Source: Paraspadella gotoi (taxonomy: Eukaryota; Animalia; Chaetognatha). From it: 64,000 nucleotides of DNA. Of this stretch, positions 49,745-64,000 are shown in pieces; position 1 is the stretch's first letter, and each line of letters starts with the position of its first letter. Position numbers and translations under genes: made by a program. The notes beneath the pieces were generated by a model. That model was given only the letters and a program-made list of their open reading frames with translations. It ran no database searches and was not told the origin of the DNA. The stretch lies in the NCBI GenBank assembly GCA_051294375.1, contig CM119268.1, positions 8,175,002-8,239,001 of the forward strand, in the 5' to 3' direction.

Positions 49745-50271
49745 GGTTATGGGCACGATTCGCACGAAGGCGCGGAAAGATACAAGTATTACCGCCTCTC
49801 AATGGATTCCAGCCGCCTAATCTTTCATGGTTATATATATTTTAAATGTAGTTTTCTTAGATTTAGATGGTTTGAAACTAACATGAAGATTGTCAAAATT
49901 TGCAAAACAGATTTTTAAAGTTTTTAGATATTTAATTCCGGTGGTCCATGTGAGAGGTTAATTGGTTTTTGTTCGTGATTCAATTGATGATTCATAATTT
50001 TTTTCAAAGAAAATTGCTAATAAAAATATAATAAATTTAAGTAAATTACAATTCTTCAAACCTGTGGAGTCGGCGGCGAGAGCGATGATCGAATTTGACA
50101 CCCAAAATTCAAGTAAAAGTGACGTTTGTTTATATCCAGTTTATATCCAGTGACGTTTGTTTATATCCAGCTCAATCACAATTCCCTAACCAGACACAAA
50201 ATTTCACCCAAATATGAATACTTAGAGTAATTATAAGTTAATGTAAGTTAAAAGGTTCATGTCAATGTAAC

Positions 50272-50565
50272 TTTTGTTTTTCCCATTTTAACCCATTTCC
50301 ACTTGCACGATTCCATCGAAACTTTAAACTCAGCTCAATCACACACATTCCTATACGTACACAAAATTTCATTCCAATCCATCCATCCAATCACCAATAA
50401 TTGGAATTTATTGCGAAGGTTGGAGGGACACTCGGACGGACGAACGGACGGACATTATTATTTTTTGCATAATTTATCATAATTTGATGTTCTGATATGA
50501 TAAAAATGATTTACCGACAAGCTTTTGGGGTAGGACCGACGGACCGTCAAAGTGAATTATGGAGT
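50272..50565 (+). mobile_element. Dispersed repeat, copy B
   Basis: Diverged direct copy of 48290-48548. Confidence 0.55.
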
Positions 50566-50846
50566 CGAAATCTGTTGATAAGATAAAAATGAAATATGAA
50601 AGAAAAATAAGAAAAGAGAAAAGAAGAAAGAGAGAAAAAATAGAAATCAGATACATCTAGAAGGAAAAAAAATTGGGAGACTTAGTTAATCGAATCCGAA
50701 TATCAAAGAAAATTTTCTCGCGATTCTTTACTCGTAATCAGATGTGGGCCTCAGCCAAGCCTCTTTCTCAATCGACGTCGAATCCAGATCACATTTTCTC
50801 TCTTTCTCTTCTCAGCTTTTCGTTCGTTTCATTTTCTTTTCGTTAC

Positions 50847-51510
50847 TTTTCAGTCAACTAATCTTCTTTTCTTCCTCCGCGAGACACGGAATTCAGAGTC
50901 AACGATCTCGACTTTTCTCTTTTTCTATTTTTTTTAAATACTTTTTCATTTACCTTTTTTTTAAATTAATATTATAAAGGCACCGTGCAAAAAAAAAAAA
51001 AGAATTAAATCAGAAGACGCGCCAGAGATTCAATATTTAATTGTATCTTTAATTAAATTCTTTTTTCTAGTCTCGTTATTCAAGTTTATGTTTCCACTTC
51101 GCCGCGTGGTACAAGCTTTTCTCTAGAATTTCTCTTACAAATTAAATTGGACGTCGACCTTAGAGTACCTACTACGTTATTTTTCAGTCAACTAATCTTT
51201 TTTTCTTTATCCACGAGATACGGAATTCAGAGTCAACGATCTTGACTTTTCTCTTTTTCTATTTTTTTTTAATACTTTTTCATTTACCTTTTTTTAAAAT
51301 TAATATTATAAAGGCACCGTGCAAAAAAAAAGAAGAATTAAATCAGAAGACGCGCCAGAGATTCAATATTTAATTGTATCTTTAATTAAATTCTTTTTTC
51401 TAGTCTCGTTATTCAAGTTTATGTTTCCACTTCGCCGCGTGGTACGAGCTTTTCTCTGGAATTTCTCTTACAAATTAAATCGGACGTCGACCTTAGAGTA
51501 CCTACTACGT
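50847..51510. repeat. Tandem duplication, ~334-bp unit x2
   Basis: cagtcaactaatc...ccttagagtacctactacgt starts at 50851 and 51185. The copies differ mainly by substitutions, so it is probably real. Confidence 0.88.
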
Positions 51511-51721
51511 ATGAAGAAGGATCATCCTTTTTTATAACTTTTTAACTTAATATTTTATGTCAAGGTTTTTAATGCTATCATCTTTCAACCATTTTTAAAA
51601 TTACAACTTCTCTTTAAAGTCCATAACTACTGACTTCTCTCACAATCAACGACATTTCATTCATAATCTTTGTCACATGTCTTTCAATTCTACATTTTCT
51701 CTCCAGCTCAAAAATACCTAC

Positions 51722-54591
<2,870 letters not shown>

Positions 54592-56059
54592 TGCGAATTT
54601 TATCAATTTGAATATTGAATATTGAATATTGAAATATTGAAGAAAAAAATATAAATGAATATTTAAAATTTCGTATAGTGCAAAATATTTTAGAGCCCAT
54701 ATTTCTAAAACAACTCAAACAAACAGGCTCGAGCTTGCAAAACTCCGCTTGCGCGCTCCAACTAAAAAAAAACAAACAAAAGATCTCATGAAGAACAAAA
54801 AGGAATCAAGGACGTCGTCCGTTGATCAGCGAAGCTGACGAGCGAAGAATCAAAGATAAGCGAAAATTGAAATGCAAAAACTCGGATCGAGAAAATGCAA
54901 AGCGGAGGAAATCGGCAATGCAAATCTGAGAGAGAAGAGCTAAGTCACGCCGGAGGAAGAGAAAAAAAGCAAACAGAGCAAAGATCAAAAAGGAAAAAAA
55001 AGCAAATATCGGAGGGTCGATGGAATCGTGTTGGAAAAGGAAGAAATGATAAATTGAATTAATTTTTTTTTTAATCGTTATTCTTCGAGTTTTGCCGTTG
55101 CTTTGCTGCGAATGAAAATAGTACAATTATAGGTGAACACTTATAATGCGGCAAGTCACAAAGAAGAGAACTTTTAAAGAGAATTGGGTCACGTCTCGAG
55201 TACAATCTACATCGATACGTATCACAACGGATGAGTGAAACGTTCACTTCATCGGATAAAAAGATTTAAAATGAATGCAAACGGAAAAGATGATTCAAAT
55301 TTACTAGCGATTAGTCACGAGAGACAAAGAAACGATAAATTGTTGGGAGGTGAAGAAAAGAGTTGTCTCTTTGTCGTGCGATTAATCAACGTGAGTGAGT
55401 GTTATGTAGTGAAAGTAGATTTAAAGTTACATTAAAATCGAAGAAGAATCATATAAATAATTCTCGAAAATGATTGACACGATTCGAGCTTATGATTGGA
55501 CAACGATGTCGCGCGATGATTGGCTGGACTGATAAGAATTTTTCGCCGGATTCTGTGGCCGACGTCGCTCGCGTGATGACGGGAAATTCCGGTGCTGACG
55601 TCAAATGAATGAAATTTTATACCTGAATTAGAAAAATACGTAAATCCACTCACCTTTTTTTGGGGGATAATAATCGAGTCCTTTCTCATTCGCTATTTCC
55701 ATAAATTTATTTTGTCTTTTTAGTTTAATATATTTTAAAGACCTTGACTAATATTTCTTTTTTTATAAATTTTACTATCGTCCGGACCACTTCTGTGTAA
55801 GTTGTCTTTCCAATTTCTATAGGCTATGTTCCCTATTCCCATACCTTTGATTTGCATTCCGCTTGTAGCTACAGAAGGATGACATATAAGAGGGTTGTAT
55901 TAAATTTTTTTTAATTATTTTTTAAAATTTTATTTCTTTTGTGTCGTGTTTTTAATTAAATAGATTTTCTTATTTAAATTTTTTTTTAAATTCAAAAATT
56001 TTTTTAAATTTTTTCAATCTTTTAATCGGATTATTTTCGACTTTTTTATAATTTAGTTT

Positions 56060-56129
<70 letters not shown>

Positions 56130-56984
56130 CATTTTCATTACCAAAAGCGAGAAATTCGTTCGAGATAATTTTATGGTGTTTCCTGAAATTGGATTTGGAA
56201 GCGAGCGTTTTATGCGTGGAGGGATTCGGCTGCTAGTTCGTTACTTGCTGCTATTTTTTTTTATTTCTTAGTTTTCTAATTTATTGTGCATCTCGACCTT
56301 GAAATTGCGGGAGATTATTTCTTTCGTTCTGTGACATCAATGGTAATGATGGGATGAAGTAATACGTAAATGAAATCTTTGCTTATTACTAAATCTTTTA
56401 CATCATATATTTACTGCCTCAAACTTATAATTGGGAGGATATCACTATCTTTGTTTTTCTTTATTAGTTTCTTTTTTCTTTTTTTTTTCTTTCTTTTTTT
56501 TTTCTCTATCTACACAAGCAAGGCACCTGACCAATCAATGGAAAGCTTTCTGCTTCTGGTTATGAATAAATTCAATGGAAAGACGAAGCCGTCAGCAACG
56601 TATCAGACGCAGCAGACGCAGCCGACGCAGCAGCCGCAGGAGAAGCAGACAAACGAAGAAACAACAACAAACAGACTTGATTTCGGTTTCTCTCTGAAAA
56701 AAGGTTAGTGTTTTTTTTTATTCTAAAGTCTTTCTCTCGTCGTCGTCGTCGTCGTTGTCTTCTTCTTCGTCTTCGTCTTCGTCATAGTCTAGTAGTCATA
56801 CGAGCTCATCTGAGTTAAGTTTGTATATATTTTGTTAAAGCACCATTCCGTAATTTAGTGGAGGAGACAAGACGACGTCGTTGTCTTTCGTTTTCGCGTC
56901 GTTGTCGTCTTCATCGTCATCGTCATCGTCATTGTTTTCATAAACGTCGGTCGTGGGTTCATTGCGTTCTCTTTGTCGTTTGCG

Positions 56985-57022
<38 letters not shown>

Positions 57023-57294
57023 CATCTCACCGTCATGGTCATCTCATCGCTTCGTCTTCATTATCATCGTCCTCTATGCGTTTTATTTCGAATTCAACGA
57101 GGTTGATTCAGTACATACGTGAGCAACAAAAAAGCTAAGACTAAGACAAACAAAGTTAAAGATTGCATGAAACTACCACTATAGACACAAACAAGGTTAT
57201 ANNNNNNNNNNNNNNNNNNNNNNNNNAAAGTGAGTGAAAGAAAAATCGAGTTTCCGGACAGATTTATGCCGAGATGACTCAAGGGGAGAAGGAA

Positions 57295-57343
57295 AAAAAC
57301 AACTTAACCATATTGCTATTTGTTTCGCCAGAATCGTTTTCGA

Positions 57344-57425
<82 letters not shown>

Positions 57426-60400
57426 ACACACACTCACTCACACTCACACGCACGCCAAGGGGTGTCCCGGCGAAACGGAAATTGAAAATTGGAAGGGCGC
57501 TACACGAGTTCGCATCGACAAATAAATCACCGAAATCGCCCTTACTTTGGCAAGAGGCGAAGACAATCGCCCTTACCTCGCCCTTACCTCTCCCTTACCT
57601 TCCCGGCAAATCGAATCAACTGGGATTTTCTTTCAGCGGCGACCTTGCAAAGAAGGCAAGGGAAAATATATCCGCGATTGAATCGACAGAAGAAGAAAAA
57701 AAATAAATAAATGCGCGGCTTTTTTTCTGCCGAGTTGTTTACGTTGTTGCTATTGTTATCAATGTTTTTTAGTCACTTTTAAATGTTTTTTTTTAATTTT
57801 TGCTGTTTTTTGTTTTGATGTCGAATGACGATTTAATCATTGTTTTTTTGTGTGTTAGTTTAGTTCTTTATTGATTTTTGTTTTTATCGTTGTTGTTCCA
57901 GGTATTTAGTTATTTTTTGTGGCCGTCTGGAAAGATACCCCTATGGTGGTACCTTAAAAATCCACGCAACCGCCTCCCAACTCCAATAGGTCCGGGTTTT
58001 CGCCCGGGGTTCTAGCCTCGGGGTTCTAGCCCGGGGTTCTAGCCGGGGTTCACTAGCCCGGGGTTTACGGTTCTAGCCCGGGTTCTAGCCGGGGTTCTAG
58101 CCCGGGTTCTTGCTGCCGGGGTTCTAGCCCGGGGTTCTAGCCGCGGGGTTCTAGCCGGGTTCTAGCCGGGGTTGCTAGCCCGGGTTTCTCAGCCCGGGTG
58201 CGTCGCCTAGCAGTTAAGAGGGACGGGGCGCTTAATAACCCGCCTGTAACATGGGTGTTACAGGCTGATCCGAAGCTCAGGGACTGCTTTATTTATAAAT
58301 ATTTATAATATAAAATAATATAATATAATTTATAATATAATAATTTATAATTAAGTGCTTATATTGAATGGTTCTGTCACTAACATATAACAATAATTAC
58401 TCTCTCTTCACCCCACGTTTAAAAACTTTTGAAATAAAACTTACTATACAAAAAGTTAACATACAGTAAGTTCAGCAAGTGGTAAGCGTATCAATCAAGC
58501 GACGTCCGCATTGACCTCCAGCGAGTCATAACAGGCGGTCATAACTTTCCCCGAAGACTCGAGAAAAGACATTCGAAGTTCGTTCGAGGTCGAGTGGATC
58601 GACAGGGAGGGTCGAGGGTGGGGGCTTGGATCTGGGAGCGGAGAGGGGGATGGTGGAGCGATGGGATGGTTTAGCGGAGGACAGTGGAGCGGCAGGACAG
58701 TGGAGCGGCAGGATGATAGGGAGATGGACAGATGGGGCGAAGAGAGTTGAATAAGAGGCGGTTGGACAATGGGGTGGTAAGTCAGTGAGACTTACCTATA
58801 AGCCGTGAAAAAAGGATATATATAGCGAGCGTTCGAGCGTGATCGACAACGCAAGTCTCTGACCCGTCCATTGACCTGTGACCAGTTGCAGACCTTTCTT
58901 TCGTGATCGTGAGAGCGAGTCAATGTTTTCGGTGTCACCCTTATTTAATCTCTCGCTCTCCAGTTGACTCGACGGGTCGGGCGACGGGTTAATCGTCTAC
59001 GATTCGTCATTCGCTCTCGGAGTCGAACGCGTGACCTTGGAGACGACGGCGTTGTTGATTGTTTCGTCGGCTGTCGTTGTTGTTGTTGTGGTTGTGTTTG
59101 TTTCCGTGTTTGTCGCTTACTGTTTTATGTATTTAGCATTAAGAAATTCCAATGACGATTTTTACGACGCGCTGCGAATTTTATCAATTAAACATTGAAT
59201 ATTTAATATTGAAATATTGAAGAAAAAAAATATTGAATTGAATATTTAAAATTTCGTATAGTGCAAAATATTTTAGAGCCCATATTTCTAAAACAACTCA
59301 AACAAACAGGCTCGAGCTTGCAAAAACTCCCGCTTGCGCGCTCCAACTAAAAAAAATCGTCGGCCTTCCTCCCTGTTCTCTTGCTGCAGTCTCTTGCGTG
59401 CTCTTCGGTGTTCCCTCCTCCCTGCTCTTGACCTCTCTCTCTCTCCGTCTTCAGGTCTGCCTGGCGTGCGTTCAGCTCTCCCCTCTTATGCTTGATGATA
59501 CAGATCGCCTTCCTCATCTCCCTCTCTCTCCTGCTCTGCTGCCTCTCTCTAACACACACTCACTCACACTCACACGCACGCCAAGGTGTCCCGGCGAAAC
59601 GGATTGAAAATTGGAAGGGCGCTACATCGAGTTCGCATCGACAAATAAATCACCGAAATCGCCCTTACTTTGGCAAGAGGCGAAGAACATCGCCCTTACC
59701 TCGCCCTTACCTCTCCTTACCTTCCCGGCAAATCGAATCAAACTGGGATTTTCTTTCAGCGGCGACCTTGCAAAGAAGGCAAGGGAAAATATATCCGCGA
59801 TTGAATCGACAGAAGAAGAAAAAAAAATAAATAAATGCGCGGCTTTTTTTCTGCCGAGTTGTTTACGTTGTTGCTATTGTTATCAATGTTTTTTTAGTCA
59901 CTTTTAAATGTTTTTTTTTTAATTTTTGCTGTTTTTTGTTTTGATGTCGAATGACGATTTATTCATTGTTTTTGTGTGTTTAGTTTAGTTCTTTATTGAT
60001 TTTTGTTTTTATCGTTGTTGTTCCAGGTATTTAGTTATTTTTTGTGGCCGTCTGGAAAGATACCCTATGGTGGACTAAATCCACCAACCGCCTCCCAACT
60101 CCAATAGGTCCGGGTTCTTCGCCCGGGGTTCTAGCCTCGGGGTTCTAGCCCGGGGTTCTAGCCGGGGCTCACTAGCCCGGGGTTCTATTCTAGCCCGGGT
60201 TCTAGCCGAGGGTTCTAGCCCGGGTTCTGCTCCGGGGTTCTAGCCGGGGTTCTAGCCCGGGGTTCTAGCCGGGTTCTAGCCGGGGTTCTAGCCGGGTTTC
60301 TCAGCCCGGTGGTGCCTAAGCAGTTAAGAGGGACGGGGCGCTTAACCCGCCTGTAACATGGTGTTACAGGCTGATCCGAAGCTCAGGGACTGCTTTATTT

Positions 60401-62818
60401 TATAATACTTTATAAATATAAAATAATATAAAAATTATATAAATAAATAATTATAAATTAAGTGCTAATATTGAAGGTTCTGTCACTAACATATAACAAT
60501 AATTATCTCTCTCTTACCCCACGTTTAAAAACTTTTGAAATAAAACTTACATACAAAAAGTTAACATACAGTAAGTTCAGCAAGTGGTAAGCGTATCAAT
60601 CAAGCGACGTCCGCATTGACCTCCAGCGAGTCATAACAGGCGGTCATAACTTTCCCCGAAGACTCGAGAAAAGACATTCGAAGTTCGTTCGAGGTCGAGT
60701 GGATCGACAGGGAGGTCGGGGTGGGGGCTTGGATCGGGAGCGGAGAGGGGAGTGTGAGCGATGGGATGGTTTAGCGGAGGACAGTGAGGCGGCAGGACAG
60801 TGGAGCGGCAGGATGATAGGGAGAGGACAGATGGGCGAAGAGAGTTGAATAAGAGGCGGTTGGACAATGGGGTGGTAAGTCAGTGAGACTACCTATAAGG
60901 CCGTGAAAAAAGGATATATTAGCGGAGCGTTCGAGCGTGATCGCACAGCAAGTCTTGACCCGTCATTGACCTGTGACCAGTTGCAGACCTTTCTTTCGTG
61001 ATCGTGAGAGCGAGTCAATGTTTTCGGTGTCACCCTTATTTAATCTCTCGCTCTCCAGTTGACTCGACGGGTCGGGCGACGGGTTAATCGTCTACGATTC
61101 GTCATTCGCTCTCGGAGTCGAACGCGTGACCTTGGAGACGACGGCGTTGTTGATTGTTTGTCGGCTGTCGTTGTTGTTGTTGTGTTGTGTTTGTTTCCGT
61201 GTTTGTCGCGTTACTGTTTTATGTATTTAGCATTAAGAAATTCCAATGACGATTTTTACGACGCGTTGCGAATTTTATCATATTTGAATATTGACATTGA
61301 ATATTAATATTGAAATATTGAAGAAAAAAATATAAATTGAATATTTAAAATTTCGTATAGTGCAAAATATTTTAGACCATATTTCTAAAACAACTCAAAC
61401 AAACAGGCTCGAGCTTGCAGAAACTCCCGCTTGCGCGCTCGGGNNNNNNNNNNNNNNNNNNNNNNNNNCGCTCCAGCTAGAAAAAAAAACAAACAAAAGA
61501 TCTCATGAAGAACAAAAAGGAAATCAAGGACGTCGTCCGTTGATCAGCGAAGCTGACGAGCGAAGAATCAAAGATAAGCGAAAATTTGAAATGCAAAAAC
61601 TCGGATCGAGAAAATGCAAAGCGGAGGAAATCGGCAATGCAAATCTGAGAGAGAAGAGCTAAGTCACGCCGGAGGAAGAGAAAAAAGCAAAACAGAGCAA
61701 AGATCAAAAGGAAAAAAAAAAGCAAATATCGGAGGGTCGATGGAATCGTAGTGGAAAAGGAAAGAAATGATAAATTGAATTAATTTTTTTTTAAAAATCG
61801 TTATTCTTCGAGTTTTGCCGTTGCTTTGCTTGCGAAATGAAAATAGTACAATTATAGGTGAACACTTATAATGCGGCAAGTCACAAAGAAGAGAACTTTT
61901 AAAGAGAATTGGGTCACGTCTCGAGATACAATCTACATCGATACGTATCACAACGGATGAGTGAAACGTTCACTTCACGGATAAAAAAGATTTAAAAATG
62001 AATGGCAAACGGAAAAGATGATTCAAATTTACTAGCGATTAGTCACGAGAGACAAAGAAAACGATAAAATTGTTGGGAGGTGAAGAAAAGAGTTGTCTCT
62101 TTGTCGTGCGATTAATCAACGTGAGTGATGCTTTTATATCGTAGGAAAAGACTAAAGCATTTAAAGTTACAATTAAAATCGAATAAGAATCATATAAATA
62201 ATTCTCGAAAATGATTCGACAACGATTCGAGCTTATGATTGGACAACGATGTCGCGCGATGATTGGCTGACCTGATAAGATTTTTCCGCCGGATTCTGTG
62301 GCCGACGGTCGCTCGCTGATGACGGGAAATTCCGGTGCTGACGTCAAATGAAATGAAATTTTATACCTGAATTAGAAAAATACGTAAAATCCACTCACCC
62401 TTTTTTTGGGGGATAATAATCGAGTCCTTTCTCATTTCGCTCATTTCCATAAATTTATTTTGTCTTTTTAGTTTAATTATATTTTAAAGACCTTGCCTAA
62501 TATTTCTTTTTTTAATAAATTTTACTATCGTCCGGACCACTTCTGTGTAAGTTGTCTTTCCAATTTCTATAGGCTATGCCTTCCCTATTCCCATAACCTT
62601 TGATTTGCCATTCCGCTTGTAGCTACAGAAGGATGACATATAAGGGGTTGTATTAAATTTTTTTTTTAATTATTTTTTAAAATTTTATTTCTTTTGTTCG
62701 TCGTGTTTTTATTAAATAGATTTTTCTTATTTTAAATTTTTTTTTTAAATTTCAAAAATTTTGTTAAATTTTTTCAATCTTTTAATCGGATTATTTTCGA
62801 CTTTTTATAATTTAGTTT

Positions 62819-62910
<92 letters not shown>

Positions 62911-63784
62911 CATTACCAAAAAGCGAGAAAATTCGTTCGAGATAATTTTATGGTGTTTCCTGAAATTGGATTTGGAAGCCGAGCGTTTTATGCGTGGAGG
63001 GAATTCGGCTGCTAGTTCGTTACTTGTTGCTATTTTTTTATTTCTTAGTTTTCTAATTTATTGTGCATCTCGACCTTTGAAATTGCGGGAGATTATTTCT
63101 TTCGTTCTGTGACATCAATGGTAATGATGGGATGAAGTAATACGTAAATGAAAAATCATTTGCTTTATTACTAAAATCTATTTACATCATATATTTACTG
63201 CCTCAAACTTATAATTGGGAGGATATCTACTATCTTTGTTTTTTTCTTTATTAGTTTCTTTTTTCTTTTTTTTTTCTTTCTTTTTTTTTCTCTCTATCTC
63301 ACCAAGCAAGGCACCTGACCAATCAATGGAAAGCTTTCTGCTTCCTGGTTATGAATAAATTCAATGGAAAGACGAAGCCGTCAGCAAACGTATCAGACGC
63401 AGCAGACGCAGCCGACGCAGCAGCCGCAGGAGAAGCAGACAAACGAAGAAACAACAACAAACAGACTTGATTTTCGGTTTCTCTCTGAAAAAAGGTTAGT
63501 GTTTTTTTATTCTAAAGTCTTTCTCTTCGTCGTCGTCGTCGTCGTTGTCTTCTTCTTCGTCTTCGTCTTCGTCATAGTCTAGTAGTCATACGAGACTCAT
63601 CTGGAGTTAAGTTTGTATATATTTTGTTAAAGCACCATTCCCGTAATTTAGTGGAGGAGACAAGACGACGTCGTTGTCTTTCGTTTTCGCGTCGTTGTCG
63701 TCTTCATCGTCATCGTCATCGTCATTGTTTTCATAAACGTCGGTCGTCGGGTTCATTGCCGTTCTCTTTGTCGTTTGCGTCGTA

Positions 63785-63816
<32 letters not shown>

Positions 63817-64000
63817 CATCTCACCGTCATGGTCATCTCATCGTCGTCTCGTCTTCATTATCATCGTCCTCCTATGCGTTTTATTTCGAATTCAACGAGG
63901 TTGATTCAGTACATACGTGAGCAACAAAAAAGCTAAGACTAAAGACAAAACAAAGTTAAAGATTGCATGAAACTACCACTATAGACAAAACAAGGTTATA
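57295..64000 (+). repeat. Indel-rich re-copies of 52670-57201: A' 57295-59350 and A'' 59540-61440 (both copies of 52670-54760), B' 61470-64000 (copy of 54755-57201); probable assembly duplication
   Basis: Colinear sequence bounded by two 25-N gaps; the window ends on the same aaggttata that precedes the gap at 57202. Confidence 0.9.

Noticed and set aside
49880-49915. ATGA...AAAA...GAT downstream of CRIP as a SECIS element
   Set aside because: Spacing is too short and no convincing helix II pairing is visible; the TGA does not align with a conserved Cys.

Overview
Eukaryotic, almost certainly animal, genomic DNA from a draft assembly. It is AT-rich, has spliceosomal introns packed with microsatellites, and carries LIM, cadherin-like and DSL-like sequences; the taxon cannot be fixed from the sequence. 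Nearly all ORFs in the supplied track are low-complexity artefacts, so the real genes had to be spliced by hand. Well supported: (1) tRNA-Ser(AGA) at 7612-7693, lying between an RFX X-box and (2) a clean 21-exon, ~1017-aa gene on + (7888-16376) that resembles TSNAXIP1 and is probably ciliary; (3) a convergent 5-exon, 372-aa gene on - (19560-17384) of the DUF3445 / heme-dependent oxidative N-demethylase alpha-subunit family, best known from bacteria and fungi, here with introns and a C-terminal tail anchor; (4) a CRIP-type single-LIM gene on + (49291-49744) whose homology continues past its TGA. Weaker, frameshift-ridden calls: a protocadherin-like locus on - (about 5.4-1.4 kb) and a Delta/Serrate-like locus on - (about 54.6-51.7 kb). 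There are two MITE-like inverted-repeat elements and several minisatellites. Much of 27-42.5 kb and 57.2-64 kb consists of indel-rich re-copies of neighbouring sequence next to 25-N gaps, most likely long-read gap-filling artefacts. The most interesting candidate is the intron-bearing, tail-anchored HODM-like gene.
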